A stretch of DNA of 60,081 bases from Eubacteriales bacterium (GTDB lineage Bacteria > Bacillota > Clostridia > Oscillospirales > JAAYXM01), in contig JAZRUF010000107.1 of NCBI GenBank assembly GCA_045652405.1, positions 1 through 60,081 on the forward strand. Reading direction: 5' to 3'. The stretch's first letter is position 1. Each line of letters starts with the position of its first letter. A model generated the notes under the pieces. It was not told where the DNA came from, did not search any database, and saw nothing but the letters and a program-made list of their open reading frames with translations. Made by a program: the position numbers and the translations under genes. Below are positions 8,114-18,620 of the stretch, in pieces.

Positions 8114-10183
8114 ATGGCGTACATTAAGTGGGATGTTGGCAGTTACTGCCCGGATAAAGTGCAGAAGCTCTCTGAGAGCTTGGGGATATCGTCGCTTGCG
8201 GCGCGGGTTTTATGCTCGCGCGGAATATGTGACGAGGCAGCTGCACGCGCTTTTCTGGATACTAAATCTGCGGCATTTCATGACCCGATGCTTCTGCGGG
8301 ATATGGATTTGGCACTCGAGCGCATAGAGATGGCGCTTGAGGGTGGAGAAAAAATTGCGGTTTACGGCGATTATGATGTTGACGGAATAACCGCAACTTA
8401 TATATTGTCCGATTACTTGCAGAGTCTGGGAGCAGACTGTGTTTATTATATACCTGAGCGCGATGGAGAAGGCTACGGAGTAAATATGGAAGCCGTGAAA
8501 AAGCTAAGTTCAGAGGGTGCAAGTCTTATAGTCACGGTTGATACCGGCATAACTGCGGTTGCAGAGGTTGAAGCCGCACGTGAAATGGGAGTTGACTTTA
8601 TAATAACCGACCACCATGAATGCCAAAGTATTTTGCCGGATGCCTGCGCGGTTATAAATCCGCACAGATCTGATTGCGATTATCCGGAGAAAAATCTTGC
8701 AGGTGTCGGTGTCGCGTTCAAGCTCATATGCGCGCTTGAAGAAGGGATAGCCGAGCAATACTTGCCGTTTGTATGTATTGGAACGATTGCGGATGTCATG
8801 CCGCTTGTTGGAGAGAATCGGGTTATTGCGGCTCAGGGACTTTCGCGTATTGAAAACTCCAGAAACCCGGGGCTGTGCGCGCTTGTACGCTTAGCAGGTG
8901 CGGAGGGTAAGGCGATAAACGCGGATACAATAGGCTTCCAGCTTGCCCCGCGCATAAATGCGGCGGGGCGTATGAGCTCGGCTTCGCGCGTGGTTGAGCT
9001 CTTTACGGTTGGTGACTATCAAACCGCAGAAAGTCTCGCTGAGGAGCTTTGTTCGCTTAATGTGCAGAGGCGCGAAATTGAAGCGGATATTTTCAAAGAA
9101 GCTTCCGAGAAGGTTGACAGAGAGTTTGACTTAAACCGCGACTATGCTCTGGTAATACAGGGACGCGGCTGGCATCACGGGGTTCTCGGCATCGTGGCAT
9201 CGCGTATTTGTGAAAAGTATCAGAGACCCGCGGTGCTTATATCGATTGATGAGGGTGAAGGAAAAGGTTCCGGAAGAAGTGTAAAAGGTGTTAATCTTTT
9301 CAGGGCGCTTTCTTCATGCGGTGAGTATTTGCAGAAATTCGGAGGCCATGAGCAAGCCGCAGGCCTTAGCATAGCCGAGGAGAATATAGACGCATTTCGT
9401 AAGGCTCTCAACCGCGAGATTGAGGAAGAAATGAAGATCTATCAGCCGTCCATGCATATCGATTTTGAAGCCCAGCCGGGCGAGCTTACAATTGAGGAAG
9501 TACGCTCACTGCGCGTGCTTGAACCGTACGGTACAGGTAATCCGAGACCGGTTATAAAGCTTAGCAATATGCGCGCTTGTGATATAACACCAATCGGCGC
9601 GGGCAAGCACCTTAGAATGACCTTTGAGCGCCAAGGAAAGTTCCAAAGTGTGTTTTTCGGAAAGACTGAGCGGGATATTGGCTTTGAAAACGGCGCGGTG
9701 GTCGATGTGGCATTTGTGCCTGAGATAAATGATTTCAGGGGCGAGAGTGTTCAGCTTATGCTGCGTGATGTTCGCCCGGTGCAAAGTGAGGAGCCTAAAG
9801 AGCTTAATGCGGTGCAGTGCTACAGAAGCTTTCGAAACGGCGAGGCGCTCAGCGAGGACGAAACGAACGTTTTAAAAGTCCAATATAACGATTTGGGCGC
9901 GGTTTGGAGATATATCGCCAAGTGCGGTAAAATTAAGGATACACCGCTTGAAGAACTGTGCAGTGCGGTAAATTCGGTCTTTAACAGAAATCTTTCGAAG
10001 GTAAAGATAATTATAGCAATGGACATATTCAAAGAGCTCGGGCTTTTGGAATATAAGAGCAGGGCTTCGCGTATAAGTGTTACGGTTTGCGGGCAAATAC
10101 AGAGAGTGGATTTAAGAAATTCACAGACTGCGCGGAGGTTGGGTTGTATCGGAAATCCCGCGCAGGACAGAGAAAGGGCGTAG
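8114..10183 (+). CDS. recJ: single-stranded-DNA-specific exonuclease RecJ
   Basis: DHH motifs (GDYDVDGITA, ITDHH) and a DHHA1 block (GGHxxAAG). Confidence 0.95.
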   Translation: MAYIKWDVGSYCPDKVQKLSESLGISSLAARVLCSRGICDEAAARAFLDTKSAAFHDPMLLRDMDLALERIEMALEGGEKIAVYGDYDVDGITATYILSDYLQSLGADCVYYIPERDGEGYGVNMEAVKKLSSEGASLIVTVDTGITAVAEVEAAREMGVDFIITDHHECQSILPDACAVINPHRSDCDYPEKNLAGVGVAFKLICALEEGIAEQYLPFVCIGTIADVMPLVGENRVIAAQGLSRIENSRNPGLCALVRLAGAEGKAINADTIGFQLAPRINAAGRMSSASRVVELFTVGDYQTAESLAEELCSLNVQRREIEADIFKEASEKVDREFDLNRDYALVIQGRGWHHGVLGIVASRICEKYQRPAVLISIDEGEGKGSGRSVKGVNLFRALSSCGEYLQKFGGHEQAAGLSIAEENIDAFRKALNREIEEEMKIYQPSMHIDFEAQPGELTIEEVRSLRVLEPYGTGNPRPVIKLSNMRACDITPIGAGKHLRMTFERQGKFQSVFFGKTERDIGFENGAVVDVAFVPEINDFRGESVQLMLRDVRPVQSEEPKELNAVQCYRSFRNGEALSEDETNVLKVQYNDLGAVWRYIAKCGKIKDTPLEELCSAVNSVFNRNLSKVKIIIAMDIFKELGLLEYKSRASRISVTVCGQIQRVDLRNSQTARRLGCIGNPAQDRERA

Positions 10184-10189
10184 CAGAGA

Positions 10190-12370
10190 ATGAAAAACCT
10201 TGAAACTCGCTATAAATTGCTTATAGAGAAGGTAAAACAGTATATTCCGAATGCAGATGCGGATAAGATTCATCAGGCTCTTGAGTGTGCAACTGATGCA
10301 CATACCGGGCAGAAAAGGAAGGATGGCACGGATTATGTAACGCATCCGATTGCGGTTGCGGAGATAATTGCGGATATGGGCCTTGACACAGAGAGTGTCA
10401 TCGCAGCTCTCCTGCACGACTGCATTGAGGACACCCGGTTCGTATACGAGGATATAAAGAATAAATTCGGCGAAGATGTGGCGGATATTGTAGAGGGCGT
10501 ATCAAAGCTTACGCGTATGCCGTACACGAGCAAGGAAGAAGAGCAGATAGAAAATTTGCGCAAGATGTTTCTTGCAATGGGCAAGGATATTCGCGTAATT
10601 ATGATAAAAATTGCAGACAGGCTGCACAATATGCGTACAATCCAGTTCCAGCCTCCTGCAAAGCAACGTGAGAAATCTCTTGAAACCATGGAGGTTTACG
10701 CGCCGCTTGCTCACCGCTTGGGAATGCAGAAGATAAAGTGGGAGCTTGAGGACAGGTCGCTTAAGTGCTTAGACCCGGTCGGATACGAGGAAATTACCGA
10801 GGAGCTTGAGCGCCGCAGACCTGAGCGCGAGGAGTTTCTGCATCATATAAAGGACCGCCTGATGGAGCATTTAAACCATGCGGGAATAGAGGCGGTTGTA
10901 GCCGGGCGCGTAAAGCACATATACAGTATTTACCGCAAGATGTATACCCAGCATAAGGACATCAGCGAGGTATACGATTTATATGCAATGCGCGTTATAG
11001 TTGACAGCGTGGCGGACTGTTATAATGTTTTGGGATTTATCCACGATATATACCGCCCGATACCCGGAAGGTTTAAGGATTATATTTCAACGCCGAAGCC
11101 TAACATGTATCAGTCACTTCACACTACGGTTATAGGCCGTGAGGGAATACCATTTGAGGTTCAGATAAGAACGCATGAAATGCATCAGACGGCGGAGTAC
11201 GGTATCGCCGCGCATTGGAAATATAAATCCGGTGTTTCCGGACGTGATAATCTGGAGGAAAAGCTTGCCTGGGTGCGCAGACTGCTTGAAAATCAGCAGG
11301 ACGTTGACGGCGAGGACTTTATCCGCTCGCTCAAGACCGAGATGTTTGCAGACGAGGTGTATGTATTTACACCTAAGGGAGACGTTGTCAGCTTGCCGGC
11401 GGGCTCAACGCCGATTGACTTTGCATATTCCATCCACTCGGCTGTAGGAAACCGGATGATTGGTGCGAAGGCAAATGGGCGCATTGTACAGCTCGATTAT
11501 ATTTTGAAAAACGGTGAGATAGTTGAAGTTTTAACGTCTAATGCCAGCCACGGTCCGAGCCGTGACTGGCTCAAGATAGCCAAGAGCAGCGAGGCTAAAA
11601 ATAAGATTAAGCAATGGTTTAAGAAAGAATGCCGCGAGGAAAATATTCAGCGCGGAAAAGAGGCGCTGGCAGCGGAACTCAAGCGCATGGAAGTGCATAT
11701 GTCGCTTCAGGATTTAAATGAGGTTTTGCAGAGCGTAAGCCGCAGAATATCATTTAATACGCCTGATGATATGCTTGCAAGCCTTGGATTTGGCGGTATA
11801 ACGCTAAATCGTGTAGTAAATCGCATACGCGATGAGATTGCAAGAAGCCATAAAGAACAGACCGGAAAGGATATAATAGATAAGCTTGTCGCGCAGCCTA
11901 AAAAGCAAAAATCCACTTCGGGCGTAATTGTACCGGGTGTGGAAAACTGCATGGTTAAGTTTGCGCGTTGCTGTACTCCTATACCCGGGGACAGGATAAT
12001 AGGATTTATAACTCGCGGTTACGGTGTAAGCGTGCATCGTATGGACTGTAAGAACGTTACGGAAGCTATGAAAAATGCCGATGATTTGAGCCGTTGGATT
12101 CGTGTGGCATGGGCGGATGAAATTAAGGACCGCTTCCAGACATCGCTTCAGATTTCCGCAAAGGACCGAATGGGTATTGTAGCGGATGTGGCTACTGCGC
12201 TCTCCAACCTCAAGATACCTGTGCATCTGATGGATGCCAGAAGCTTTGAGGATGGGTATGCGGTCATGAACGTGGTTATGGATTTAAACGGCGTTGACCA
12301 GCTTGAGTACGTAGTCGGAAAGCTGCGCGGAATTCAGGGCGTAATAGACATAAAGAGAACGTTAAGTTAG
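10190..12370 (+). CDS. relA: bifunctional (p)ppGpp synthetase/hydrolase RelA/SpoT (Rel)
   Basis: Contains an HD hydrolase block (HDxxED), the synthetase block (YxSLHTTV), and TGS and ACT C-terminal domains. Confidence 0.95.
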   Translation: MKNLETRYKLLIEKVKQYIPNADADKIHQALECATDAHTGQKRKDGTDYVTHPIAVAEIIADMGLDTESVIAALLHDCIEDTRFVYEDIKNKFGEDVADIVEGVSKLTRMPYTSKEEEQIENLRKMFLAMGKDIRVIMIKIADRLHNMRTIQFQPPAKQREKSLETMEVYAPLAHRLGMQKIKWELEDRSLKCLDPVGYEEITEELERRRPEREEFLHHIKDRLMEHLNHAGIEAVVAGRVKHIYSIYRKMYTQHKDISEVYDLYAMRVIVDSVADCYNVLGFIHDIYRPIPGRFKDYISTPKPNMYQSLHTTVIGREGIPFEVQIRTHEMHQTAEYGIAAHWKYKSGVSGRDNLEEKLAWVRRLLENQQDVDGEDFIRSLKTEMFADEVYVFTPKGDVVSLPAGSTPIDFAYSIHSAVGNRMIGAKANGRIVQLDYILKNGEIVEVLTSNASHGPSRDWLKIAKSSEAKNKIKQWFKKECREENIQRGKEALAAELKRMEVHMSLQDLNEVLQSVSRRISFNTPDDMLASLGFGGITLNRVVNRIRDEIARSHKEQTGKDIIDKLVAQPKKQKSTSGVIVPGVENCMVKFARCCTPIPGDRIIGFITRGYGVSVHRMDCKNVTEAMKNADDLSRWIRVAWADEIKDRFQTSLQISAKDRMGIVADVATALSNLKIPVHLMDARSFEDGYAVMNVVMDLNGVDQLEYVVGKLRGIQGVIDIKRTLS

Positions 12371-12380
12371 GAGATTTGAT

Positions 12381-12833
12381 ATGCGTGCGGTTGTAACGCG
12401 TGTAAGTCATGCAAGGGTCGAGATAGACGGAAAAGTACATTCGCAGATAGGGGCAGGACTTATGGTGCTTCTTGGTGTACTTGATACGGATGAAAAAGCC
12501 GATGCAGAGTATGTGGCTAAAAAAGTCGGGGATACACGGATTTTCAGTGACAGTGAGGGCAAAATGAATTTATCGTGTGAGCAGATAGGCGGCGAGATAC
12601 TCGTTGTAAGCAATTTTACGCTATACGGCGATACACGCAAAGGAAACCGCCCGAGCTTTGTGCGCGCGGCGCGTCCTGAGCTTGCCGAGCCGATGTACAA
12701 ATATTTTTGCAACATACTGCGTGAGCGCGGGTACACCGTGGGATGCGGGGTATTTGGTGCAGATATGCAGGTTAGCTCTGTAAATGACGGACCGGTGACG
12801 TTGGTTATAAACAGTCCGTCAAAGGAGAATTGA
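12381..12833 (+). CDS. dtd: D-aminoacyl-tRNA deacylase
   Basis: 150 aa with MRAVVTRV..., SNFTLYGD and NDGPVT motifs. Confidence 0.95.
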   Translation: MRAVVTRVSHARVEIDGKVHSQIGAGLMVLLGVLDTDEKADAEYVAKKVGDTRIFSDSEGKMNLSCEQIGGEILVVSNFTLYGDTRKGNRPSFVRAARPELAEPMYKYFCNILRERGYTVGCGVFGADMQVSSVNDGPVTLVINSPSKEN

Positions 12834-12853
12834 TTAAAAGGCAGGTTTTAAAA

Positions 12854-13489
12854 ATGAAAATACGCAGTTTTACCGTCGGGCGCGTGGCGGCACAGTGCTA
12901 TATTGTGTCAGATGAGGCATCGGGTGAAGTATTTATGATAGACCCGGGCGATAACGCGGAGTATCTTCTAAAAAAGCTTGATGAACAGGGTGTAGAGCTT
13001 AAATATGTTATTCTGACGCATGGGCATTTTGACCATGTCATGGCGGCAAATGAGATACTCAAAAAGACCAGGGCAAAGCTTGTCGTATGCGATAATGAAG
13101 TGCCCGCACTTACTGATCCGGAGCTGGGCGGATTTAACAATTTTGGAATAACAAAGTTTGTGCCGCTTAGCGCAGACATTGTGGTATCGGATGGAGAAAC
13201 ACTTGATTTTGCAGGGCATGAGCTTGAATTTATGAATACCCCGGGGCATACTAAAGGCAGCATGTGCATAAAAATGGGGGATGTTATTTTCACCGGGGAT
13301 ACGCTCTTTGCGGGAACCTGCGGCAGATGCGATCTTGCAGGCGGGGATTACCGCGAAATGCTCGACTCGCTTAAACGCTTGGCAGAGCTTTGCGGAGAGT
13401 ATACCGTCTACCCAGGGCACGGTGAGGCGACAAAAATGAGCATAGAGCGGCAGTATAACCCCTATATGCGTGAGGCAGTGAGAAGATGA
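12854..13489 (+). CDS. MBL-fold metallo-hydrolase
   Basis: Has the THGHFDH metal motif. The start may be 12830 (track) or 12854 (MKIRSF...). Confidence 0.85.
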   Translation: MKIRSFTVGRVAAQCYIVSDEASGEVFMIDPGDNAEYLLKKLDEQGVELKYVILTHGHFDHVMAANEILKKTRAKLVVCDNEVPALTDPELGGFNNFGITKFVPLSADIVVSDGETLDFAGHELEFMNTPGHTKGSMCIKMGDVIFTGDTLFAGTCGRCDLAGGDYREMLDSLKRLAELCGEYTVYPGHGEATKMSIERQYNPYMREAVRR

Positions 13490-14958
13490 AGCTTTATCTT
13501 AAAGGACATGATTACCGTTTTGCGGTAGAACAAATACTGGTGGTGCTCTTTCCGGGGGAAAAGCCGGAATATCCGGAAGGTGAGCCGTGCGGCGATTTTG
13601 CCGAAGTAAGTCTTAAAAAGACGAAAAAACAGATTTCGGCATGCACAAAACTTGTAAAAGACGGAAAGCTGTCGAGCTGTACATCTGTGTTGCCGTTGCC
13701 ACAGGACGATGACGTGCAGGAATATGACAGACGTGCGCGCCAGGTGATACGCACATCGTTTTTTAAAGCCAGTAAAAAAGCTTGCGGAATATCTCCGGAA
13801 TGGGGTGCGATGACCGGTATAAGGCCGGGGAAGGTTGCGCAGAAGCTTTTGGAGCAGGGCGAGAGCGATGAGAGTGTTGATAAGATACTCAAAAATGCAT
13901 ACTATGTAAAAAAGAAACGCCGTGATTTATGTCTTCAAGTTGCGCATGCGGGGATAAAAGCCTCGTTGGGTGGCACGGACAAGGATATATCTGTTTACGT
14001 GGGGATACCGTTTTGTGTGTCGAGGTGTAAATATTGCTCCTTTGTAAGCCATTCGATTGACAAGGCGCAGCATTTGGTTGAGCCCTATCTGGATGCACTT
14101 GTTTATGAAATGGAGAATACCGGCAGGGTAGCAAGGGAGCTTGGGCTTAATATTAAATCCGTATATATTGGAGGCGGTACGCCTACGTCACTTTCTGCCG
14201 CTCAGCTTGAGCGCGTGATGAAGGCTTTAAATCAAAACTTTGATTTATCGTCAATAGAGGAATATACGGTGGAAGCCGGGCGGCCGGACACAGTGGATAA
14301 AGAAAAGCTAAAGGTAATATTTGAAAACGGAGCGACGCGCATAAGCGCAAACCCGCAGACAATGGATGACCGTGTGCTGGAGCTCATGGGCCGTCGCCAC
14401 ACCGCGCAGGATATAGTAAAAATGGTGTCTGACATAAGAGCGTGCGGCGATATTGACATCAACATGGATGTTATTGCGGGACTACCGGGTGACAACATTG
14501 ATGGCTTTACAGATACTATTAAGAGAGTAATAAAGCTGGGTCCTGAAAACATAACCGTACATACTCTTGCCATAAAAAAAGGCTCCACACTAAAGGACGA
14601 AGGAGTTGCAATTCCAGACGGTGAGGAGACTCTCGCGATGGTAGAGTATGCGCAAAAGGCATTGAAGCGCGCAGGATATGCGCCGTACTACCTGTATAGG
14701 CAAAAGTATATGTCCGGAAATCTTGAAAACGTCGGATATGCGCGTGACGGAAGAATAGGGCTTTACAATATTTATATTATGGACGAGTTGCATACCATAC
14801 TTTCATTGGGGGCAGGAGGAGTTACAAAACTCGTCAATAAAAAAGAGGTCAAGATAGAGCGCATATTCAATCACAAATATCCGTATGAATATAACAATGC
14901 CCAAAATCGACTCGAGGAGAATGCGGAAAAGATACGTAACTTCTATAGCGAAAAATGA
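13486..14958 (+). CDS. hemZ: radical SAM coproporphyrinogen dehydrogenase-like protein (HemZ/HemN family)
   Basis: Has the CxxxCxYC radical SAM motif (CVSRCKYCSF) and a HemN-like C-terminal part. Its start overlaps the upstream stop by 4 nt. Confidence 0.75.
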   Translation: MKLYLKGHDYRFAVEQILVVLFPGEKPEYPEGEPCGDFAEVSLKKTKKQISACTKLVKDGKLSSCTSVLPLPQDDDVQEYDRRARQVIRTSFFKASKKACGISPEWGAMTGIRPGKVAQKLLEQGESDESVDKILKNAYYVKKKRRDLCLQVAHAGIKASLGGTDKDISVYVGIPFCVSRCKYCSFVSHSIDKAQHLVEPYLDALVYEMENTGRVARELGLNIKSVYIGGGTPTSLSAAQLERVMKALNQNFDLSSIEEYTVEAGRPDTVDKEKLKVIFENGATRISANPQTMDDRVLELMGRRHTAQDIVKMVSDIRACGDIDINMDVIAGLPGDNIDGFTDTIKRVIKLGPENITVHTLAIKKGSTLKDEGVAIPDGEETLAMVEYAQKALKRAGYAPYYLYRQKYMSGNLENVGYARDGRIGLYNIYIMDELHTILSLGAGGVTKLVNKKEVKIERIFNHKYPYEYNNAQNRLEENAEKIRNFYSEK

Positions 14959-14975
14959 CTCAGGAGGGGATAGAT

Positions 14976-15911
14976 ATGCCACTTGATTTAGCGCAAGTAA
15001 ACAGACGAATAGAAGAGGATGCGAACGCTTTTGTAAGCGAATGTGAAGCGGAGTATGCAGCAAAAATCGACAATGCTGCGCGCAAAATTGCAAGCCGCGC
15101 AGAAAACTGCCGAATAGTCTTGCTTTCGGGACCGTCAGGTTCAGGGAAAACAACCAGTGCGCTTAAGCTTCAGCGCGCGCTTGAAAGCTACGGCATAGGT
15201 ACAAAGTCCATTTCGATGGATGATTATTTTAAAACGGTTAATCCGGAAACCGCGCCTAAAAATGACAAAGGGGAGATTGACTATGAATCACCGCTTTGTC
15301 TGGATATTCCGCTTCTTAAAGAGCACATGCGGATGATTGTTCGCGGTGAAGAAATTGAGGTTCCCTCATTTATTTTCGCAAAGCAGTGCCGAAGCGACAT
15401 AAAAAAGCCGATGAAACTTGAAAAAGACCAGGTTGTTATTATAGAGGGGATTCATGCGCTCAATGATATGTTTGACGATGCTGCGGGTGAGCACGAGACC
15501 AAGCTCTATATAAGCGCGAGGAGCAATTTTGAATTAAACGGCGAGACGATTTTTAAAGGTACGTGGACGCGCCTTATGCGACGGATTGTGCGTGATAATA
15601 ATTTCCGTGGCACAAATGCGGATTTTACTCTTAAAATTTGGGATGGCATACGCACGGGTGAGAAAAAGTATATATCACCGTTTAAAAATAAGGCGGATAT
15701 AATAATAGATTCTACGCACCCATATGAAATATGCATGCTCAAAAAGCATATAGCGCAGGCGATGCCACATATACCCGAGCAAATACCGCGCTATAAAGAG
15801 GTATGCTCAATACCGCCCTCCCTTGAGCTTTTTGCGGATATGCCCGATGAGCTTGTGCCTGAGGATTCACTCCTGCGTGAATTTATAGGCGGCGGGAATT
15901 TTAAATATTAA
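14976..15911 (+). CDS. uridine kinase-like nucleoside kinase / P-loop ATPase
   Basis: Walker A is GPSGSGKTT. I chose the ATG at 14976, 6 nt after GGAGGGG. The track start is 14955. Confidence 0.7.
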   Translation: MPLDLAQVNRRIEEDANAFVSECEAEYAAKIDNAARKIASRAENCRIVLLSGPSGSGKTTSALKLQRALESYGIGTKSISMDDYFKTVNPETAPKNDKGEIDYESPLCLDIPLLKEHMRMIVRGEEIEVPSFIFAKQCRSDIKKPMKLEKDQVVIIEGIHALNDMFDDAAGEHETKLYISARSNFELNGETIFKGTWTRLMRRIVRDNNFRGTNADFTLKIWDGIRTGEKKYISPFKNKADIIIDSTHPYEICMLKKHIAQAMPHIPEQIPRYKEVCSIPPSLELFADMPDELVPEDSLLREFIGGGNFKY

Positions 15912-15982
15912 GCTTGAAATATTTTATAATTTATGATAAAACTTTCTTAAGGGAAAGATATAAGTTTAGGAGGTAAGTGATT

Positions 15983-16369
15983 ATGAATTTTAGTGAATTA
16001 ATTAATAAAGTAAAGGCGAGTGCGACTGTTGCGGGAGAATATGCGAGCAAAAAAGCTGCCGAAATCGGTGAAAAAACCAGTGATGCATTTAATACCGGCA
16101 AGCTCAATGTAAAGCTGTTTGACCTTAATACAGATATGGATGTTATTTACAAGGAAATCGGAAAAATTATTTATGCATCCCATTCGGGTGAGGATACCGA
16201 GGCTGAAACGCTTGAGGCAAAACTCAGTCAGGCAGACGAGAAAATGGCGGAGATAAATGAGATTAAAGAGCAGATAGCAAAGCTTTCAGCTTCTAAGAAA
16301 TGTCCGTCATGCGGAAAAGAATGCGAAAGCGATGCGGCGTTCTGCTCTAAGTGCGGGGCAAGCTTCTGA
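15983..16369 (+). CDS. zinc-ribbon domain protein
   Basis: C-terminal CPSCG...C..CG motif. An AGGAGG lies 9 nt before the ATG at 15983. Confidence 0.7.
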   Translation: MNFSELINKVKASATVAGEYASKKAAEIGEKTSDAFNTGKLNVKLFDLNTDMDVIYKEIGKIIYASHSGEDTEAETLEAKLSQADEKMAEINEIKEQIAKLSASKKCPSCGKECESDAAFCSKCGASF

Positions 16370-16441
16370 TATTCGTAAATTGCTAAAAGCAAAGCGGCGA
16401 GGGATACTTCCTCGCCGTTATACTTAGGAGGTATAATAACT

Positions 16442-17260
16442 GTGACTGCAGAAAAATATATGCAAAGTGCAAATGCGGTTAAAGAACGCATAGGCGATAT
16501 AAAGCCTGAGGTCCTTTTAATACTCGGTTCAGGACTTGGCGGGCTCTCGGATGAAGTCGTCAATGCGGTAGAGATACCATACTCGGAGATTCCAAATTTT
16601 GAAGTATCCACCGCGCCCGGGCACAGCGGAAAGCTTGTCTGCGGAAACTTGGGCGGAAAACAGGTTATAGTTATGTCAGGTCGTATGCATTACTATGAGG
16701 GATATAGCTACGATAAGGTTACGCTTCCTGTTCTTGTTGCAAAGCTTTTGGGTGTGGATAAGCTTATAGTTACAAACGCGAGTGGCGGAATAAATGAAAG
16801 TTATAATGTTGGTGACCTGATGCTTATATCAGACCACATAAAGCTTGTTGGAGATTCACCTCTTCGCGGCAAAAATTTAGACGAATTTGGTCCGCGATTC
16901 CCGGATATGACATATGCGTACTCAAAACGCCTGCGCACTCTTGCAAAGGAAGTGGCGGAGGAAATGAATATTGCGCTGCGGGAGGGTGTGTATTACTATG
17001 CTATGGGGCCGCAGTATGAAACACCGGCGGAGATACGCGCAATGCGAGTTCTGGGTGCAGATGTTGTCGGAATGTCTACCGCGCCGGAGGCGATTGTAGC
17101 ATCTCATTGCGGGATAGAGACGCTCGGGATTTCATTGGTTTCAAACATGGCGAGCGGAATTCTTGATAAACCACTTACAAGCGAAGAGGTAATAGAGGCA
17201 GGAGAAAAGGCAAAGGATGTATTCGGGGCACTTGTTGTAAAATGCTTGGAGAGAATGTAA
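16442..17260 (+). CDS. punA: purine nucleoside phosphorylase (trimeric PNP family)
   Basis: Has GSGLG, a GRxHxYEG block and VGMSTxPE. The start is GTG with an AGGAGG upstream. Confidence 0.9.
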   Translation: MTAEKYMQSANAVKERIGDIKPEVLLILGSGLGGLSDEVVNAVEIPYSEIPNFEVSTAPGHSGKLVCGNLGGKQVIVMSGRMHYYEGYSYDKVTLPVLVAKLLGVDKLIVTNASGGINESYNVGDLMLISDHIKLVGDSPLRGKNLDEFGPRFPDMTYAYSKRLRTLAKEVAEEMNIALREGVYYYAMGPQYETPAEIRAMRVLGADVVGMSTAPEAIVASHCGIETLGISLVSNMASGILDKPLTSEEVIEAGEKAKDVFGALVVKCLERM

Positions 17261-17276
17261 AAGGGGGATGTAATTG

Positions 17277-18584
17277 ATGGAGCTTCTTTTTTGCAATATA
17301 TGCGTGGTTACTATGAACGACGCGGGAGTTATAAACAACGCTTATGTAGGCGTAGATGGAGGGAAGATTGTATATATCGGCGAGAGTGAGCCGGAAAATG
17401 CAGATATTAAACGTCGTGTTTCCGGAAAAAACAAAGTGCTGATGCCGGGTATTGTAAATACTCATACCCATATTCCGATGACGCTTTTGCGCGGATATGC
17501 GGATGATTACGCATTGCAGGACTGGCTTAACAATCACATCTTCCCGGCAGAGGACAGGCTGGATATACGCTCTGTAAGCGCGGGTGTTTATGTGGGGCTT
17601 GCAGAGATGATAGCCACGGGAACCACGTCTTTTTCCGACAGTTATTTCTTCTGCGAAGCTATCGCGGATGCAGTAGATAAAAGCGGGATAAAAGCAAATA
17701 TTGCGCGCTCTGTCACCAATTTCGGAAATGAAGTGCGCTTGATGGAGTTTACAGGTACTCGTGAGGAAGTCGAGCTTAAGGAAAAATGGCATATGGCAGA
17801 TTGCGGGCGTATACGAATTGATGCAGCTATACATGCCGAATATACCACATCCGAATCTCTGTGGCGTGAGATTGGCGGATACGCAAAAGAGAATGGCTTA
17901 ATAATGCAGGTACATTTATCTGAAACACAGGCAGAGCATGACGTATGCATCGAGAAGTATAAAAAAACACCGGCGCGCCTTTTTTGCGATGCGGGAGTTT
18001 TTGATGCAAAGACGGTTGCGGCGCATTGCGTTTGGGTAAATGACGAGGATGTGGAGATTTTAAGAGAAAAGGGTGTCAGCGTTGCGCATAATCCGGTTTC
18101 AAACTTAAAGCTTGCATCCGGAATTGCGCGCGTTCCTTATATGATGGACAGAGGCGTAAATATTGGGCTTGGAACCGACGGCGTGGCTTCAAATAACAGC
18201 TTTGATATGTTCGAGGAGATAAAGCTTGCCGCAATTTTACACAAGGGGAATACCCTTGAACCCACGGTTATATCAGCCTGTCAAGCATTGGAACTTGCCA
18301 CGATTAACGGTGCAAAGGCGCAGGGGCGCGAGTCAGAGTGCGGCAAAATCCAATGCGGTATGGATGCAGATTTGATAATGGTTGACTTTGATAAGCCTCA
18401 TCTTACACCGTGCCACAATCCGGTTTCGAATTTGGTTTATGCCACGCGCGGAGGCGATGTGTGCATGACGATGGTGCGTGGAAAGATACTCTATGAAAAC
18501 GGTGAATTTACCACGATTGATTGGGAAAAGGTAAAGAGTGAGCTTTCAGAGTACGGTGTCCCGAAAATCTGCGGAAGACTGTAA
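17277..18584 (+). CDS. mtaD: amidohydrolase, 5'-methylthioadenosine/S-adenosylhomocysteine deaminase-like
   Basis: Has HTHIPM, HLSET and GTDG motifs of the ATZ/TRZ-type deaminases. Confidence 0.8.
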   Translation: MELLFCNICVVTMNDAGVINNAYVGVDGGKIVYIGESEPENADIKRRVSGKNKVLMPGIVNTHTHIPMTLLRGYADDYALQDWLNNHIFPAEDRLDIRSVSAGVYVGLAEMIATGTTSFSDSYFFCEAIADAVDKSGIKANIARSVTNFGNEVRLMEFTGTREEVELKEKWHMADCGRIRIDAAIHAEYTTSESLWREIGGYAKENGLIMQVHLSETQAEHDVCIEKYKKTPARLFCDAGVFDAKTVAAHCVWVNDEDVEILREKGVSVAHNPVSNLKLASGIARVPYMMDRGVNIGLGTDGVASNNSFDMFEEIKLAAILHKGNTLEPTVISACQALELATINGAKAQGRESECGKIQCGMDADLIMVDFDKPHLTPCHNPVSNLVYATRGGDVCMTMVRGKILYENGEFTTIDWEKVKSELSEYGVPKICGRL

Positions 18585-18620
18585 ATTGCATAAAAGAGAA
18601 GTTATCAGCATAAATTCCCA